64,000 nt of DNA from an uncultured Acidobacteriota bacterium (GTDB lineage: Bacteria > Acidobacteriota > Vicinamibacteria > Vicinamibacterales > JAKQTR01): contig CAVOHU010000002.1 of NCBI GenBank assembly GCA_963695795.1, positions 341,565 through 405,564 on the forward strand. The letters are read 5' to 3'. A program made the position numbers and the translations under genes. A model generated the notes under the pieces. That model was not told the origin of the DNA, did no database searches, and was given only the letters and a program-made list of their open reading frames with translations. This document shows positions 47,583-56,450 of the stretch, one piece after another (the first letter of the stretch is position 1; each line of letters begins with the position of its first letter).

Positions 47583-48836
47583 TCACCGTATCCGCACGCG
47601 ATCCGTCCCGTCGTACTGCGCCATGTCGGACAGGATCACGCGGTCGCCTTCCTTGAGTCCCGACTTGACCTCAACCGAATTCACCGATGCGCGGCCCAGC
47701 GTCACCTTGACCCGCGACGCGTAGCCGCCGCCCTCCTCGATTTTGAAGATCGAGACGGTGCTCCGCTCCTCGCCGTACGCGGGCCGGCCGATGTACAGCA
47801 CGTCGTTCAGCCGCTCGAGCTCGACGACGCCGTCTATGCTGAGATCGGGCCGCGCGCCCTTCGGGAGCGGACCGTCGAGCGCGGCGTCCACGGTAACGAA
47901 CCCGCCTTGCACGGCAGGGTCGATCCGCGACAAGTGGGCGGGGATGAGGCCGTTGCGCGTGTCGATCGTCACCGACTGGCCGATCTGCAGGTCCTTGGCA
48001 AGAGTCTCGGGGATCTTCAGCTCGGCCTTGAGGCGTGTCGGATTGGCCACGCGCGCAAGGTTGGTCCCCGCGCCCACGCGCTGGCCCACCTCGACCCCAA
48101 CCTCCTGCAGCATGCCGTCAGTACCGGGCCGGACTTTCAGCGAGTTGACCTGGCTCTGGCGCAGGCGCAGAACGGCCCGCACCCGCGCGACCTCGGTCTG
48201 CTGGGCCTGCAGCTGGGCGCGGTGGGATTCGTTGATCTGTGCGACGCGCTTCTTTTCGATCTGATCGCGCGTGGCGGCCGCTTCGGCCCTTGCGCGTGAC
48301 AGTTTCGTCGTCAACTCCGACTGCAGACCCTGCGCGAGGAGCTGTTCGTCAGCCTGCGCCTGGAGCCGCGCCTGCTCGTAGTCGGCGGCGACTTGTGCGG
48401 CTGTCGCCTGCTGCGAGAGCAAGTCGCTCTCGAGCCTCGCCCGGAGATTGGCCAGGTTGGCTTCGGCCGTCTCCACCTGCGACTGCGCTTCCTGGGCCGC
48501 CTGCTCCTGGTCCGGATTGACCATCTCGATGATGACCGTGTCGGCCTTCACGAACGTGCCCGGGTGGACCAGGATGTTCTCGATCCGGCCGTCGGTCACG
48601 GCCGGGATCCAGCGGATCTCCTCTGGGACCAACGTCCCCATGCCGCTCACCTGCCTGATCATGGGGCCGCGCTTGACGGTGTCGGGCCAGACTGTGCCGT
48701 TTTCGACGGTCGGCGGCGCCGGGTTCAGCCGGAAGATGAAGAAGCTGACGCTGGCGATTACCAGGACCGCGAGGGTGCCGTAGATGATCCGCCGGATGCG
48801 CCGTTTACGGGCCTCAGAAACACGTGGAATGTCCAT
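47583..48836 (-). CDS. Efflux periplasmic adaptor subunit (HlyD/MacA family)
   Basis: The start at MDIPRVSEARKRR is followed by a TM anchor. It has a long coiled coil ('QVETAEANLANLRARLESDLLSQQATAAQVAADYEQARLQ') and a beta-barrel domain. Confidence 0.85.
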   Translation of the reverse strand: MDIPRVSEARKRRIRRIIYGTLAVLVIASVSFFIFRLNPAPPTVENGTVWPDTVKRGPMIRQVSGMGTLVPEEIRWIPAVTDGRIENILVHPGTFVKADTVIIEMVNPDQEQAAQEAQSQVETAEANLANLRARLESDLLSQQATAAQVAADYEQARLQAQADEQLLAQGLQSELTTKLSRARAEAAATRDQIEKKRVAQINESHRAQLQAQQTEVARVRAVLRLRQSQVNSLKVRPGTDGMLQEVGVEVGQRVGAGTNLARVANPTRLKAELKIPETLAKDLQIGQSVTIDTRNGLIPAHLSRIDPAVQGGFVTVDAALDGPLPKGARPDLSIDGVVELERLNDVLYIGRPAYGEERSTVSIFKIEEGGGYASRVKVTLGRASVNSVEVKSGLKEGDRVILSDMAQYDGTDRVRIR

Positions 48837-48910
48837 CTTGAGCCTTGGAAGGGAATCACCTTCGCGCTGCCCCGCATCGCGAGCGCTTCTTCGAGACTTG
48901 CTCGCGCCGG

Positions 48911-49639
48911 CTACTTGGGCGGCTTGCGGGCTCCGGCCACCTGGATTTTGATGGGCGGCGCCCCCATGCCCTTCCGCCCGATGATCGTGATCGTTGCGAC
49001 CGTCCCCTCGAGCTGCGCGCCGATGGTCTTGAGCGCCGCTGAGAACGGTCGACCACCGAGATCTCCGGTGAACGTCTGGCCCGGGCCCACGAGGGTGACC
49101 TCGAAGCCGGTCGCCTTGCTGAGTCGCGCTGCGACCTCCTCGAGAGGCACCTGCTCGAACTTCATGCCGGCCGGGAGCAGCTGGTCCATCAATCGCCTCA
49201 GTTCGGCGACCCCGGCCCTCCGGGCCTCGGCCTCGTTGACTCGGGTGGCCGGATCGCGGGGCATGCTGACAACGGTTCCGCCCCCAGCCTTCTCGACGTG
49301 AATGACCGTACCGCTCGCCTGCCACGTGCAGCCGATGCTCTCGCAGATCGTGTTCAGCGCGCTCTTCGCGCTGATGTTGCCGACGACGATGTCCACGGGC
49401 GTCGAGACCTCCGGCGCCACCTCCGCGGTGTAGCCGATCGCGGTGGCGATGACCTTGAAGGCATCACGGGGAGCCATCGCCTTCAGATCCAGTGACACGC
49501 GCTTGTTCAAAGCGCTCTGGGCGCTCGGCGCGGAGGCGTGTGAGCGAGCCCGCGTCGTCAGTGAGGGCTGTTCCGCCGGACGCGCGGAGAACGCGAGAAG
49601 TGCCGATAGCAACATGACACTCGGAGCCACTCGGGTCAT
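48911..49639 (-). CDS. Secreted protein with two STN-like (secretin/TonB N-terminal-like) modules, hypothetical
   Basis: It has a signal peptide. 'VSLDLKAMAPRDAFKVIATAIGYTAEV..VVGNISAKSALNTICESIG' and 'MKFEQVPLEEVAARLSKATGFEVTL' resemble STN modules. This is inference from the pattern only. Confidence 0.45.
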   Translation of the reverse strand: MTRVAPSVMLLSALLAFSARPAEQPSLTTRARSHASAPSAQSALNKRVSLDLKAMAPRDAFKVIATAIGYTAEVAPEVSTPVDIVVGNISAKSALNTICESIGCTWQASGTVIHVEKAGGGTVVSMPRDPATRVNEAEARRAGVAELRRLMDQLLPAGMKFEQVPLEEVAARLSKATGFEVTLVGPGQTFTGDLGGRPFSAALKTIGAQLEGTVATITIIGRKGMGAPPIKIQVAGARKPPK

Positions 49640-50019
49640 CGCGCATCTCCTTCCAGCAAAACCACGCCGGAGCCCACCGGCGGACGATCGTCGCGTTGGT
49701 CCGGCCCCGCGATGACAATGACGTCACCGGGAATGGGGACGATGAGCACGCCGTCCACGAGCGACCCGGTCATTTGGGTGATATCTGCCGGGGCCGTCGT
49801 GGCTGGTGACGGACGGACCGGCGGGCGGGATAGCCACGCCGCCAAGCCGGCGCACAGCGTGACCGCCGCGAGCGCGAGCGAGGCGACGAGCGACGCGCGA
49901 CGGCGGTGGTGCGGCGGCGCGGCGAGCGCATGGTCCGACACCCGCCTGGCGGCATCGTCGTCGACGGCGAATGCGTCGCGCAGCGTCTGGTCAACGTGCT
50001 CGTTCGGTTCAGTGGTCAT
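49636..50019 (-). CDS. Membrane-anchored putative anti-sigma factor
   Basis: It lies immediately downstream of the ECF sigma gene and overlaps it. It has a single TM helix ('LVASLALAAVTLCAGLAAWL'). The start codon is uncertain (50031 or 50019). Confidence 0.45.
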   Translation of the reverse strand: MTTEPNEHVDQTLRDAFAVDDDAARRVSDHALAAPPHHRRRASLVASLALAAVTLCAGLAAWLSRPPVRPSPATTAPADITQMTGSLVDGVLIVPIPGDVIVIAGPDQRDDRPPVGSGVVLLEGDAR

Positions 50020-50518
50020 GGTCGTTCCCAAAGTCGGCCACGAGGCGCTTTCGCGCCCGGTGGACGCGCATCTTTGTCGCCGACAGCGAGAGCCCGAGCA
50101 CGACGGCCGCCTCGGCGTTCGTCATCTGCCCGAGAGCGACCAGGAGCAGCGCCTCGCGGTCCCGTCGCGGCAGGCGCGCGAGCGCCCCGCGCACGCGAAG
50201 GTGGTCCGCCCGGGCAACGGCCTGCGCCTCGGGATCAGGGGCCTGGTCGTGCCTGCCGAACGCCTGCTCGATCGGCACCCACAACCGCCGGCGGAGGACC
50301 GCTCGCACGGCCCGCCGCCGCGCGATCGAGAACACGAACGCCTCGGCCGATTCGGGCGGCCCCGCCCGGCGCCAGTGCCGGACGAGGGCCTCCAGGCTCT
50401 CCTGCGCGACGTCTTCGCCCGCCGACACGTCACCCGTCCGGGCGACGGCATAGCGCAGCACGCGCGGCGCCATGTCCCGGATGGTGCGTTCCAGGTCCGC
50501 GTCCAGGTTCGCCTCCAC
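50009..50518 (-). CDS. ECF-type RNA polymerase sigma-70 family factor
   Basis: Region 2 reads 'AGEDVAQESLEALVRHW' and region 4 reads 'REALLLVALGQMTNAEAAVVLGLSLSATKMRVHRARKRL'. Confidence 0.85.
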   Translation of the reverse strand: MEANLDADLERTIRDMAPRVLRYAVARTGDVSAGEDVAQESLEALVRHWRRAGPPESAEAFVFSIARRRAVRAVLRRRLWVPIEQAFGRHDQAPDPEAQAVARADHLRVRGALARLPRRDREALLLVALGQMTNAEAAVVLGLSLSATKMRVHRARKRLVADFGNDHDH

Positions 50519-50640
50519 GCGCCCTTCGCATCCGGCTGCGCCGGGAAGCGACGGCGTCTGCGATCAGCGCTTCGATACCCGATTCCGATGGCGGCCGGCC
50601 AGGCGCGCACCATCGTACTGCTCGCAGGACGCCGGGGCGG

Positions 50641-53166
50641 CTATTCGTACCTCAACGTGACTGCCGGGTCCACGCGCGACGCGCGGCGGGCGGGCAGCAA
50701 GCCCGCGGCGCACGCCACCACACCCAGGACGAGCGTGGCGGCGACGATCGTCGGCGGATCAGTGGGCGTCACGTCGAAGAGCTGCGATCGCAGCACCCGG
50801 CTGGCGCCTCCGAAGACCGCAAGGCCGATCGCCGCTCCCAGCGCGGCGAGCGCTCCCACTTCGCCGAGCACCGTTCTCTGGACCGCGGCGCGTGTGGCGC
50901 CGAGGGTCAGCCGGATGCCGATTTCGCGCGTGCGGCGCGAAACGTTGAAGCTGGCGAGGCCAAACAGGCCCATCGCCGCGAGCAGGGCCGACAGCCCGGC
51001 GAACACGAGCGAGAGACCCGCGAGCATGCGCTCGCGCAGGAGCGCCGCGCGCGCGAACGCGGCGACGCTGCCGAATCCGGTCATCGCGACGCCGGCGTCC
51101 AGCCGCTTGACCAGCGCGCCCGCGGCTTGTGCGGTTACCGCCCCAGGGGCCGCCGTCCGGATCAGCACGCCGATTGGTGCGGCGGACCTCGTCTGCGCTC
51201 GCGGCCGGAACAGCGTGGGCGCCGGGGCGGTCTTGAGCGACTGGTTGCGCGTGTCGCGCACGACACCCACGACCTGCACCGTCGCCGGCCGGTCCTCGTA
51301 GCCCACCATCTGTCCCACTGAGTTGCCGCGCCCGGCGAGTGCCCGCGCGAGCGCCTCGTTGACGATGCAGACGTCGGGGGCGCCCTTGACGTCGCGGTCG
51401 TCGAACCCGCGGCCGGCGGGCAGCCGCAGGCCGAGGGTCGCGAAGAACTGGGCGTCCACCCGGGCCTCTTCGACGGAGATTCGCGTGCCCTCGGCCTGCT
51501 CGGCGCCGTGGATGTACGTTCCGCCGCCGCCGCCAGAGAGTGGCAGCATCGACGTGGCGGCCGCGTGCGACACGCCGGGCAGGGCGCGGACGCGCTCGAG
51601 GAGCGCCCGCTCGTACTCGGCCAGGCGGTCGCCCTCGTAACCGGCCGACGTGGGGTTCACGGTGAACACCACGAGGCCGTTCGCGTCGAACCCCGGGTCC
51701 ACGGACAGGACGTTGAACAGGCTGCGGCTCAGGAGCGCGGATGTGCAAAAGAGCGCGAGCGACAGCGCCACCTGCAGGACGACCAGGCCCCGCCGGAGGC
51801 CGAGGGCGGACCTGCCGCCGGGGGCCAGCGGGCGGCTGGCCGAGAGGGTCTCGATCGCGCGCCGCCGGGTCAGGAAGAGGGCCGAGGTGAGCCACACGAT
51901 GAGCCCGGTGGCGAGCGACACGACCGCCGTGAAGATGGCCACGCGCGCGTCGGGCCGCGTGTCGACGCCAGCGACATCGCGGGCCAGGCCGAGGAGCGGC
52001 GGCACCAGCGCGCCGGCCCAGTACGCGAACAGCAGGCCGGCCGATCCCGCGGCGACGGCGAGCGCAAGGCACTCGACCAGGCGAGGTCTGAGCAGGTCCC
52101 ACCGTCGGGCGCCCAGGGCGAGGCAGACCGCCGTCTCGTGCGACCGGACGATGCCGCGCGCGAGCAGCAGGTTGGCGACATTGCCGGCGGCAACAACCAG
52201 GACGAACACGGCCATGGCCATCAGCAACCGCAGCGGCACATCCAGGTACCGGGTCAACTGCGATTGCTCGCTGCCGACCGTGCCCGCCGGTTCGACACGC
52301 ACGGGAAACCTCTTGAGAAACGCACGATATCTATCCGACACCAGGGCGCCGCGGGCCACGGCCTGATCGAACAGGCGCTCGTACAGCATGCGGGCCGCCG
52401 ATTCGGCCCGCTCGCAAGTGACACCCGCCCGTAGCCGCGCCACCATCGTGTAGACGAACACGCCCGTAGAATCCCACGGCAGCGGCCGCATCTTCGGTAG
52501 CGGCTCGATCTGATCGCCCATGCCGAGCGGCACGAAGAGTTCGGGGATGAGGCCAACGCTCGTGCCCGAATAGCCGGGCGCGAGCACGCCGATCACGGTG
52601 ACGGGCACGTTGTTCAGGCGGATGGTGCGGTTGACGATCGAGCGGTCGCCGCCGAACTGGCGCATCCAGAAGCCGTGATTGAGAACGACCACGGCCGGGC
52701 CGTCGCGCTCGGCCGTTTCCGCGGCGGTGAACGGTCTGCCGGTGATTGTCCGGAGGCCGAAGACAGTGAAGTACTCGGCGTTGACGAACTCGCCTCGCAC
52801 CTCGATGGCGGTGTCGGCCGCCAGCGTGAGCCGAGAGTCGCGCCGAACGGCGACCGCGGAGAACACCTCCGCCAGGCCGTCCCCGAGGGCGGTGACGAGC
52901 GGATAGTCCATCCCCATCGCCTTGCCGCCCATGCGCATGATTGCGCCGTGCCCGGTCGAGAGGCTTGGCAGCGGCGCCGCGCTGACCAGGACGAGTTCCT
53001 GCGGCTTCTCGACGTTGAGCGGTCGCATCGCCACGCGATCGATGAGGGAGAAGACGGCGGCGTTGGCGCCGATGGCGAGACCAAGGGTCAGCATGACCAG
53101 CAGTGCGACGCCGGGCATGCGGCGCAGGCCGCGGAGACCGACCAGCACGTCACGACGAAGGTCCAT
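50641..53166 (-). CDS. ADOP-type duplicated MacB/FtsX ABC permease
   Basis: 841 aa. 'LRRMPGVALLVMLTLGLAIGANAAVFSLIDRV' opens two MacB-periplasmic-core plus FtsX-like 4-TM halves. The C-terminal 'RRASRVDPAVTLRYE' is typical. Confidence 0.85.
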   Translation of the reverse strand: MDLRRDVLVGLRGLRRMPGVALLVMLTLGLAIGANAAVFSLIDRVAMRPLNVEKPQELVLVSAAPLPSLSTGHGAIMRMGGKAMGMDYPLVTALGDGLAEVFSAVAVRRDSRLTLAADTAIEVRGEFVNAEYFTVFGLRTITGRPFTAAETAERDGPAVVVLNHGFWMRQFGGDRSIVNRTIRLNNVPVTVIGVLAPGYSGTSVGLIPELFVPLGMGDQIEPLPKMRPLPWDSTGVFVYTMVARLRAGVTCERAESAARMLYERLFDQAVARGALVSDRYRAFLKRFPVRVEPAGTVGSEQSQLTRYLDVPLRLLMAMAVFVLVVAAGNVANLLLARGIVRSHETAVCLALGARRWDLLRPRLVECLALAVAAGSAGLLFAYWAGALVPPLLGLARDVAGVDTRPDARVAIFTAVVSLATGLIVWLTSALFLTRRRAIETLSASRPLAPGGRSALGLRRGLVVLQVALSLALFCTSALLSRSLFNVLSVDPGFDANGLVVFTVNPTSAGYEGDRLAEYERALLERVRALPGVSHAAATSMLPLSGGGGGTYIHGAEQAEGTRISVEEARVDAQFFATLGLRLPAGRGFDDRDVKGAPDVCIVNEALARALAGRGNSVGQMVGYEDRPATVQVVGVVRDTRNQSLKTAPAPTLFRPRAQTRSAAPIGVLIRTAAPGAVTAQAAGALVKRLDAGVAMTGFGSVAAFARAALLRERMLAGLSLVFAGLSALLAAMGLFGLASFNVSRRTREIGIRLTLGATRAAVQRTVLGEVGALAALGAAIGLAVFGGASRVLRSQLFDVTPTDPPTIVAATLVLGVVACAAGLLPARRASRVDPAVTLRYE

Positions 53167-53404
53167 GCGCACGTCCCTCCGACAAGCAAGAACCTGCGCC
53201 GGGCCACTGGTCACCAAAAAGGAGTCCGAGGTCCGAAGATCCTGATACCAATCGTCGACGTCTTGAAGGGTGGCCACAGGGTGGGACCGCTGTAGACGCG
53301 AAGGCTGGCGCGCCCGCCCTTCGACTTCGCTCAGGGCTTGGGCGGTCGTCGATGGCTCGCCATGAGCGAGCCAATGTCACGGTCCTCTGGACTGGCGAGT
53401 CGAA

Positions 53405-53483
53405 TGGCGCGCCCGCCCGCCGTCGTTCGGGGAGTACGCGATTCGAACCGCGGCGCGGCTTCGATGAGCCATTCGCCCGTAGC
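53405..53483. repeat. Copy A of a 79-bp imperfect direct repeat
   Basis: tggcgcgcccgcccgcc..gcgattcgaac..ggcgcggcttcgatgagccatt..ccgtagc has about 72/79 matches to 55735-55813 by eye. Confidence 0.7.
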
Positions 53484-53554
53484 GGCTCGGATACGAGTTC
53501 GCCTGCTACAGCGAGACGAGCCCCTATGCCGCCCTGGGTCGGGTCAGGGACAAG

Positions 53555-53767
53555 ATGGCGCGGGGGCTTGCGACGCGGCATCTCTCAAGCGCGAAGGGTC
53601 TCGCGGAGATGCTCCACGATTCCCTTGACGGCAGAATCTCGTCGCGTGACGGTGAGGTGGTCGTCGTGGTGGACGGCATCGCGCTCGACATCGACGACCT
53701 CGCGCGGTTCCTGGCGGCGCGAGAGGGCTGGGGCTTCGAGCTGCGAATCACGGACCCGCTCGAATAG
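53555..53767 (+). CDS. Hypothetical small protein
   Basis: 70-aa ORF, '..DGEVVVVVDGIALDIDDLARFLAAREGWGFELRITDPLE'. No family is recognised, and the start is uncertain. Confidence 0.3.
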   Translation: MARGLATRHLSSAKGLAEMLHDSLDGRISSRDGEVVVVVDGIALDIDDLARFLAAREGWGFELRITDPLE

Positions 53768-53888
53768 CGGTTGCCGACGATGACTCAGGCAGACGGCCCA
53801 CGTACGAATCGTGCGCGCTCGTGACGGAGCATCTCGAACGGAGTCATGGCGGTATCAACCAGGCAAGACGGAGTCATGCACCGGCCGC

Positions 53889-54182
53889 TCAGGCCGCAAC
53901 GACCACCGACATCTGCCCGTGCTGCTTGCGCGTGCGCTTCACGCGGATCTCCACGTCGTACCCGAGCGCTGTCAGAAATCCCACCAGTCTTTCCACTGGG
54001 ACATTCCCGGAACGGTTGCGGAGCGGCAGCGACACGTGGGGTTGCTTGATGCCGAGGATCTCCCCGGCCTGCGTCAAGCGACGCGTCTTGATGATGCGAT
54101 AGATTTGCAGCGTCAGTCTGGCCTTGAGCAGTTTCTGTTCCGGAGGGGCAGGCCGAGGTCGGCGAACATCACTCAGAGCCAA
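53889..54182 (-). CDS. XRE-family helix-turn-helix protein (HTH_37-like, antitoxin-type)
   Basis: '[48 protein letters not shown]' matches the 'LTQ..A..LG..QP.VS.L..G....FS...L...L..LG..V.I.V' pattern of TA-associated XRE proteins. Confidence 0.7.
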   Translation of the reverse strand: MALSDVRRPRPAPPEQKLLKARLTLQIYRIIKTRRLTQAGEILGIKQPHVSLPLRNRSGNVPVERLVGFLTALGYDVEIRVKRTRKQHGQMSVVVAA

Positions 54183-54543
54183 TCGGCAGGCGACGAATCC
54201 GAAGGCGTGTCTCGTAGAGCGCCACTATCGCGCCCCGGTCGAGCTCCGGCTCCAGCAGCGGCAGGTTAGCGATCAAGAGTTCCGCCTGACGGTCCGGCCG
54301 ACGCGGCGTACCACGGCGGAACAGGATGACCGACGGGCGTGACTCGCGCCGGAGCGCGAGAAGGGCGCCGAAATCGGTGTCGGCCGAGATGATCGTCCGT
54401 CCTTCGGCCCCCGCCAGGGCGAACAACTCTTCGTCGTCGGCTGCGTGCAGACCTAGACTGCGCACATGCACCGCATCGTGGCCGGCCTCCTGGAGGAGTT
54501 CGGCCACGCGGGGCGAGAGGGCGTTGTCGACGAGGAACTTCAC
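54169..54543 (-). CDS. DUF5615-family PIN-like (Mut7-C-like) putative toxin
   Basis: The sequence reads [52 protein letters not shown]. Confidence 0.8.
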   Translation of the reverse strand: MKFLVDNALSPRVAELLQEAGHDAVHVRSLGLHAADDEELFALAGAEGRTIISADTDFGALLALRRESRPSVILFRRGTPRRPDRQAELLIANLPLLEPELDRGAIVALYETRLRIRRLPIGSE

Positions 54544-54770
54544 AACGTGGATGCGAGGGGAAGGTCGCGTTCTCTGACCGCCGCCGCAGCAAACTGGAGC
54601 GCCTCCCGGACGTCGTCTTCGACGAGATCTGGGTAGGCTTCGAGGATCTCAGGCGTGGTCATTCCCTCGGCCACCATGCCGACCACGGTCGCCACCGGAA
54701 TCCTCAGGCGGCGAATGCAGGGCACTCCGCCCAATTGGCGGGAATCGGCTGTGATTCGATTGAATTCCAT
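54540..54770 (-). CDS. DUF433-domain protein (putative antitoxin)
   Basis: The sequence reads [62 protein letters not shown]. It overlaps the DUF5615 gene by 4 nt. Confidence 0.8.
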   Translation of the reverse strand: MEFNRITADSRQLGGVPCIRRLRIPVATVVGMVAEGMTTPEILEAYPDLVEDDVREALQFAAAAVRERDLPLASTL

Positions 54771-54804
54771 GTTCGGCCTCAGGCGTTGGCTCGGACTCCA
54801 GCGC

Positions 54805-55608
54805 TCAACCGTCAGTATACCTCTCCCGAAATTGGCACGCCCGGCCGATGTGGGTGCCCCTGCGGCTGCCGTTGAGATGTCGTCGCGCTTGCCAACGGGC
54901 CTGGGTTGCATTGGCACCGCGGTGATCCGAGTGCAGAATCCGCCGCCAGAAAACGGGGGACGGCGTTCTCTTCCTCGACTCCCATTGGTACACGACCGCC
55001 TTTCCAGCCGCGCCGATGCGTCGGGCCAGATCGTCTTGCGTGAGGCGGAGCCGACGGCGAAGGGTCCGAAGCTGCTGATCGTAGTCGGGCGGAACTGTCG
55101 GCAGGGGCGCCGGACAACCTGTCTGTCCGCCGAACCGGCGGTAGTGCGTGGCCATGAACTGCGCCGCCGCAGTGCGCGTGGCCAATCGTCGAGGCCGGCC
55201 AAACACCGACTTCACGGAGAAGTGCGCTTCGAGTCGCCCGGTCCGGACCGCAGCCTGCAATGTGCGGATATGAACGCGGAGTTCCTGGGCCAGCTGGGCG
55301 AGTGGTAACAGCTCCGTCTGTTGCGCATGATGCGTGACCGCCGCCCTGGCCCGCAGCAGCATCGGCACCGGCACGCGGCGTAGCCCGCTGTCCCACATCC
55401 GAAACGTGTTCACCGGCACGTCGAGGAGCTTGGCGAAGTCTTGTTGTGAGAGATCCACGTGGCGGCGGAGTTCGCGAAGCTCGGTCACGGGTCCACATTG
55501 CCATTCGCCGCGCGAGACGTAAAGCGACCTCCGGCGTACTTGGCCGGTGATCAGGAGCCGTTTCGGCGGGATTGCGCGTGCGATCGAAATGGCTGCGTCG
55601 CGAAACAC
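54805..55608 (-). CDS. Multi-HTH DNA-binding protein (XRE-like, then MerR/excisionase-like, then XRE-like)
   Basis: The three HTH regions are 'LSQQDFAKLLDVPVNTFRMWDSG', 'LAQELRVHIRTLQAAVRTGRLEA' and 'LTQDDLARRIGAAGKAVVYQWES'. An alternative GTG start lies at 55488. Confidence 0.6.
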   Translation of the reverse strand: MFRDAAISIARAIPPKRLLITGQVRRRSLYVSRGEWQCGPVTELRELRRHVDLSQQDFAKLLDVPVNTFRMWDSGLRRVPVPMLLRARAAVTHHAQQTELLPLAQLAQELRVHIRTLQAAVRTGRLEAHFSVKSVFGRPRRLATRTAAAQFMATHYRRFGGQTGCPAPLPTVPPDYDQQLRTLRRRLRLTQDDLARRIGAAGKAVVYQWESRKRTPSPVFWRRILHSDHRGANATQARWQARRHLNGSRRGTHIGRACQFRERYTDG

Positions 55609-55734
55609 TCAGCAAAAGCGGCGATCATGAAATCGCGCGTTCTTGGCGCACACTCGCAGGACTGATCACTTTGTTCGATGAATGTTCGCCCCCACATGAT
55701 TCTTCGGGGCGAAATCGGCGATTTCTATAGGATT

Positions 55735-55813
55735 TGGCGCGCCCGCCCGCCTTCGTCCGGGGAGCACGCGATTCGAACTTCGGCGCGGCTTCGATGAGCC
55801 ATTGCGCCGTAGC
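55735..55813. repeat. Copy B of the 79-bp imperfect direct repeat
   Basis: See copy A. Confidence 0.7.
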
Positions 55814-55913
55814 TCGCCTGAGGATGATAGCGAACCGGAGGGCGAGCGGAGGCGAATGGCTTGCCGAGCCGTAGCAACACGAGGAGAGCCTGGAGCCGGA
55901 GTGTTGCGAAGGT

Positions 55914-55963
55914 TGGCGCGCCCGCTGCGACTCGAACGCGGGACCCCCGGCTTAGAAGGCCCG
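55914..55963 (-). pseudogene. 3' fragment (anticodon arm to CCA) of a tRNA-Arg(UCU)-like gene
   Basis: The reverse complement reads CGGGC-CTTCTAA-GCCGG-GGGTC-CCGCG-TTCGAGT-CGCAG-CGGGCGC-G-CCA. That is an anticodon loop with TCT, a 5-nt variable loop, a canonical G-TTCGAGT-C T-loop, an acceptor 3' strand and CCA. Each stem has one mismatch. No D-arm or 5' acceptor strand follows. Confidence 0.45.
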
Positions 55964-56303
55964 TCGTCTGAGACCCTCAGGAACAGGCCAGTATTCGCGG
56001 ATTCTGCGGACCCAATCGGTTATATCGAGACGGTTATATTCCTGCTGCTCGCCACAATGTGCCCGATACGACATCTGCGCCGGAATCGGCGGATTGTGAG
56101 TCGATTCGGACCAGAAGGCTATAACCGATTCGTGCGGACCGAACGAATATGCGCCAGATTCGCGCGATGAAGGAACCCTGATCACGCGAGTGCCTGTTCC
56201 AGGCGCTTCAAAGGCGGCCGTTTCTCGATGGCCGTTCCGACCGTCTCCTCTGCCATCCGTAACTCGTAGAGGCCACAATGTGCATCAGCCGCTGATTCTC
56301 ATC

Positions 56304-56450
56304 CTCGAGTGCTCCCAGCGGCGTAAGTACCTCGACCACGTCATTGTGTGGAACGAACGCTCGCTACGCCGGTAGATCCGGTACCTCGCCTGCTGCCACG
56401 AGTGGCGAACACACCTCTCGCTGGACACGGATGCGCCCGTCCCGCTGGTG
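56304..56450 (+). mobile_element. Remnant of a transposase (rve/integrase-core C-terminus)
   Basis: '..ECSQRRKYLDHVIVWNERSLRR*IRYLACCHEWRTHLSLDTDAPVP' resembles the conserved 'RECLDHVIV.NERHLRR.L.EY..YY...R.H.SL..D.P' tail. There is an in-frame TAG at 56373-56375, and no catalytic core lies upstream. Confidence 0.5.

Noticed and set aside
53405-53483. The 79-bp repeats (also 55735-55813) as genuine tRNA or tmRNA 3' ends, because of ..GGTTCGAATC.. and ..GCGCGCCA on the minus strand.
   Set aside because: About 36 nt separate the T-loop-like motif from the CCA-like end, against 16 in a tRNA. No 5-bp T stem, anticodon arm or acceptor pairing can be drawn. The hairpin is not conserved between the two copies. 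They are kept only as repeats.
55802-56278. ORFs 55802-56170(+) and 55952-56278(-) in the island boundary region. I also looked for a tyrosine integrase next to the tRNA fragment.
   Set aside because: The translations show no recombinase motifs (no R..HxxR..Y pattern) or any other family signature. The two ORFs overlap each other and the tRNA fragment. They are likely non-coding debris.
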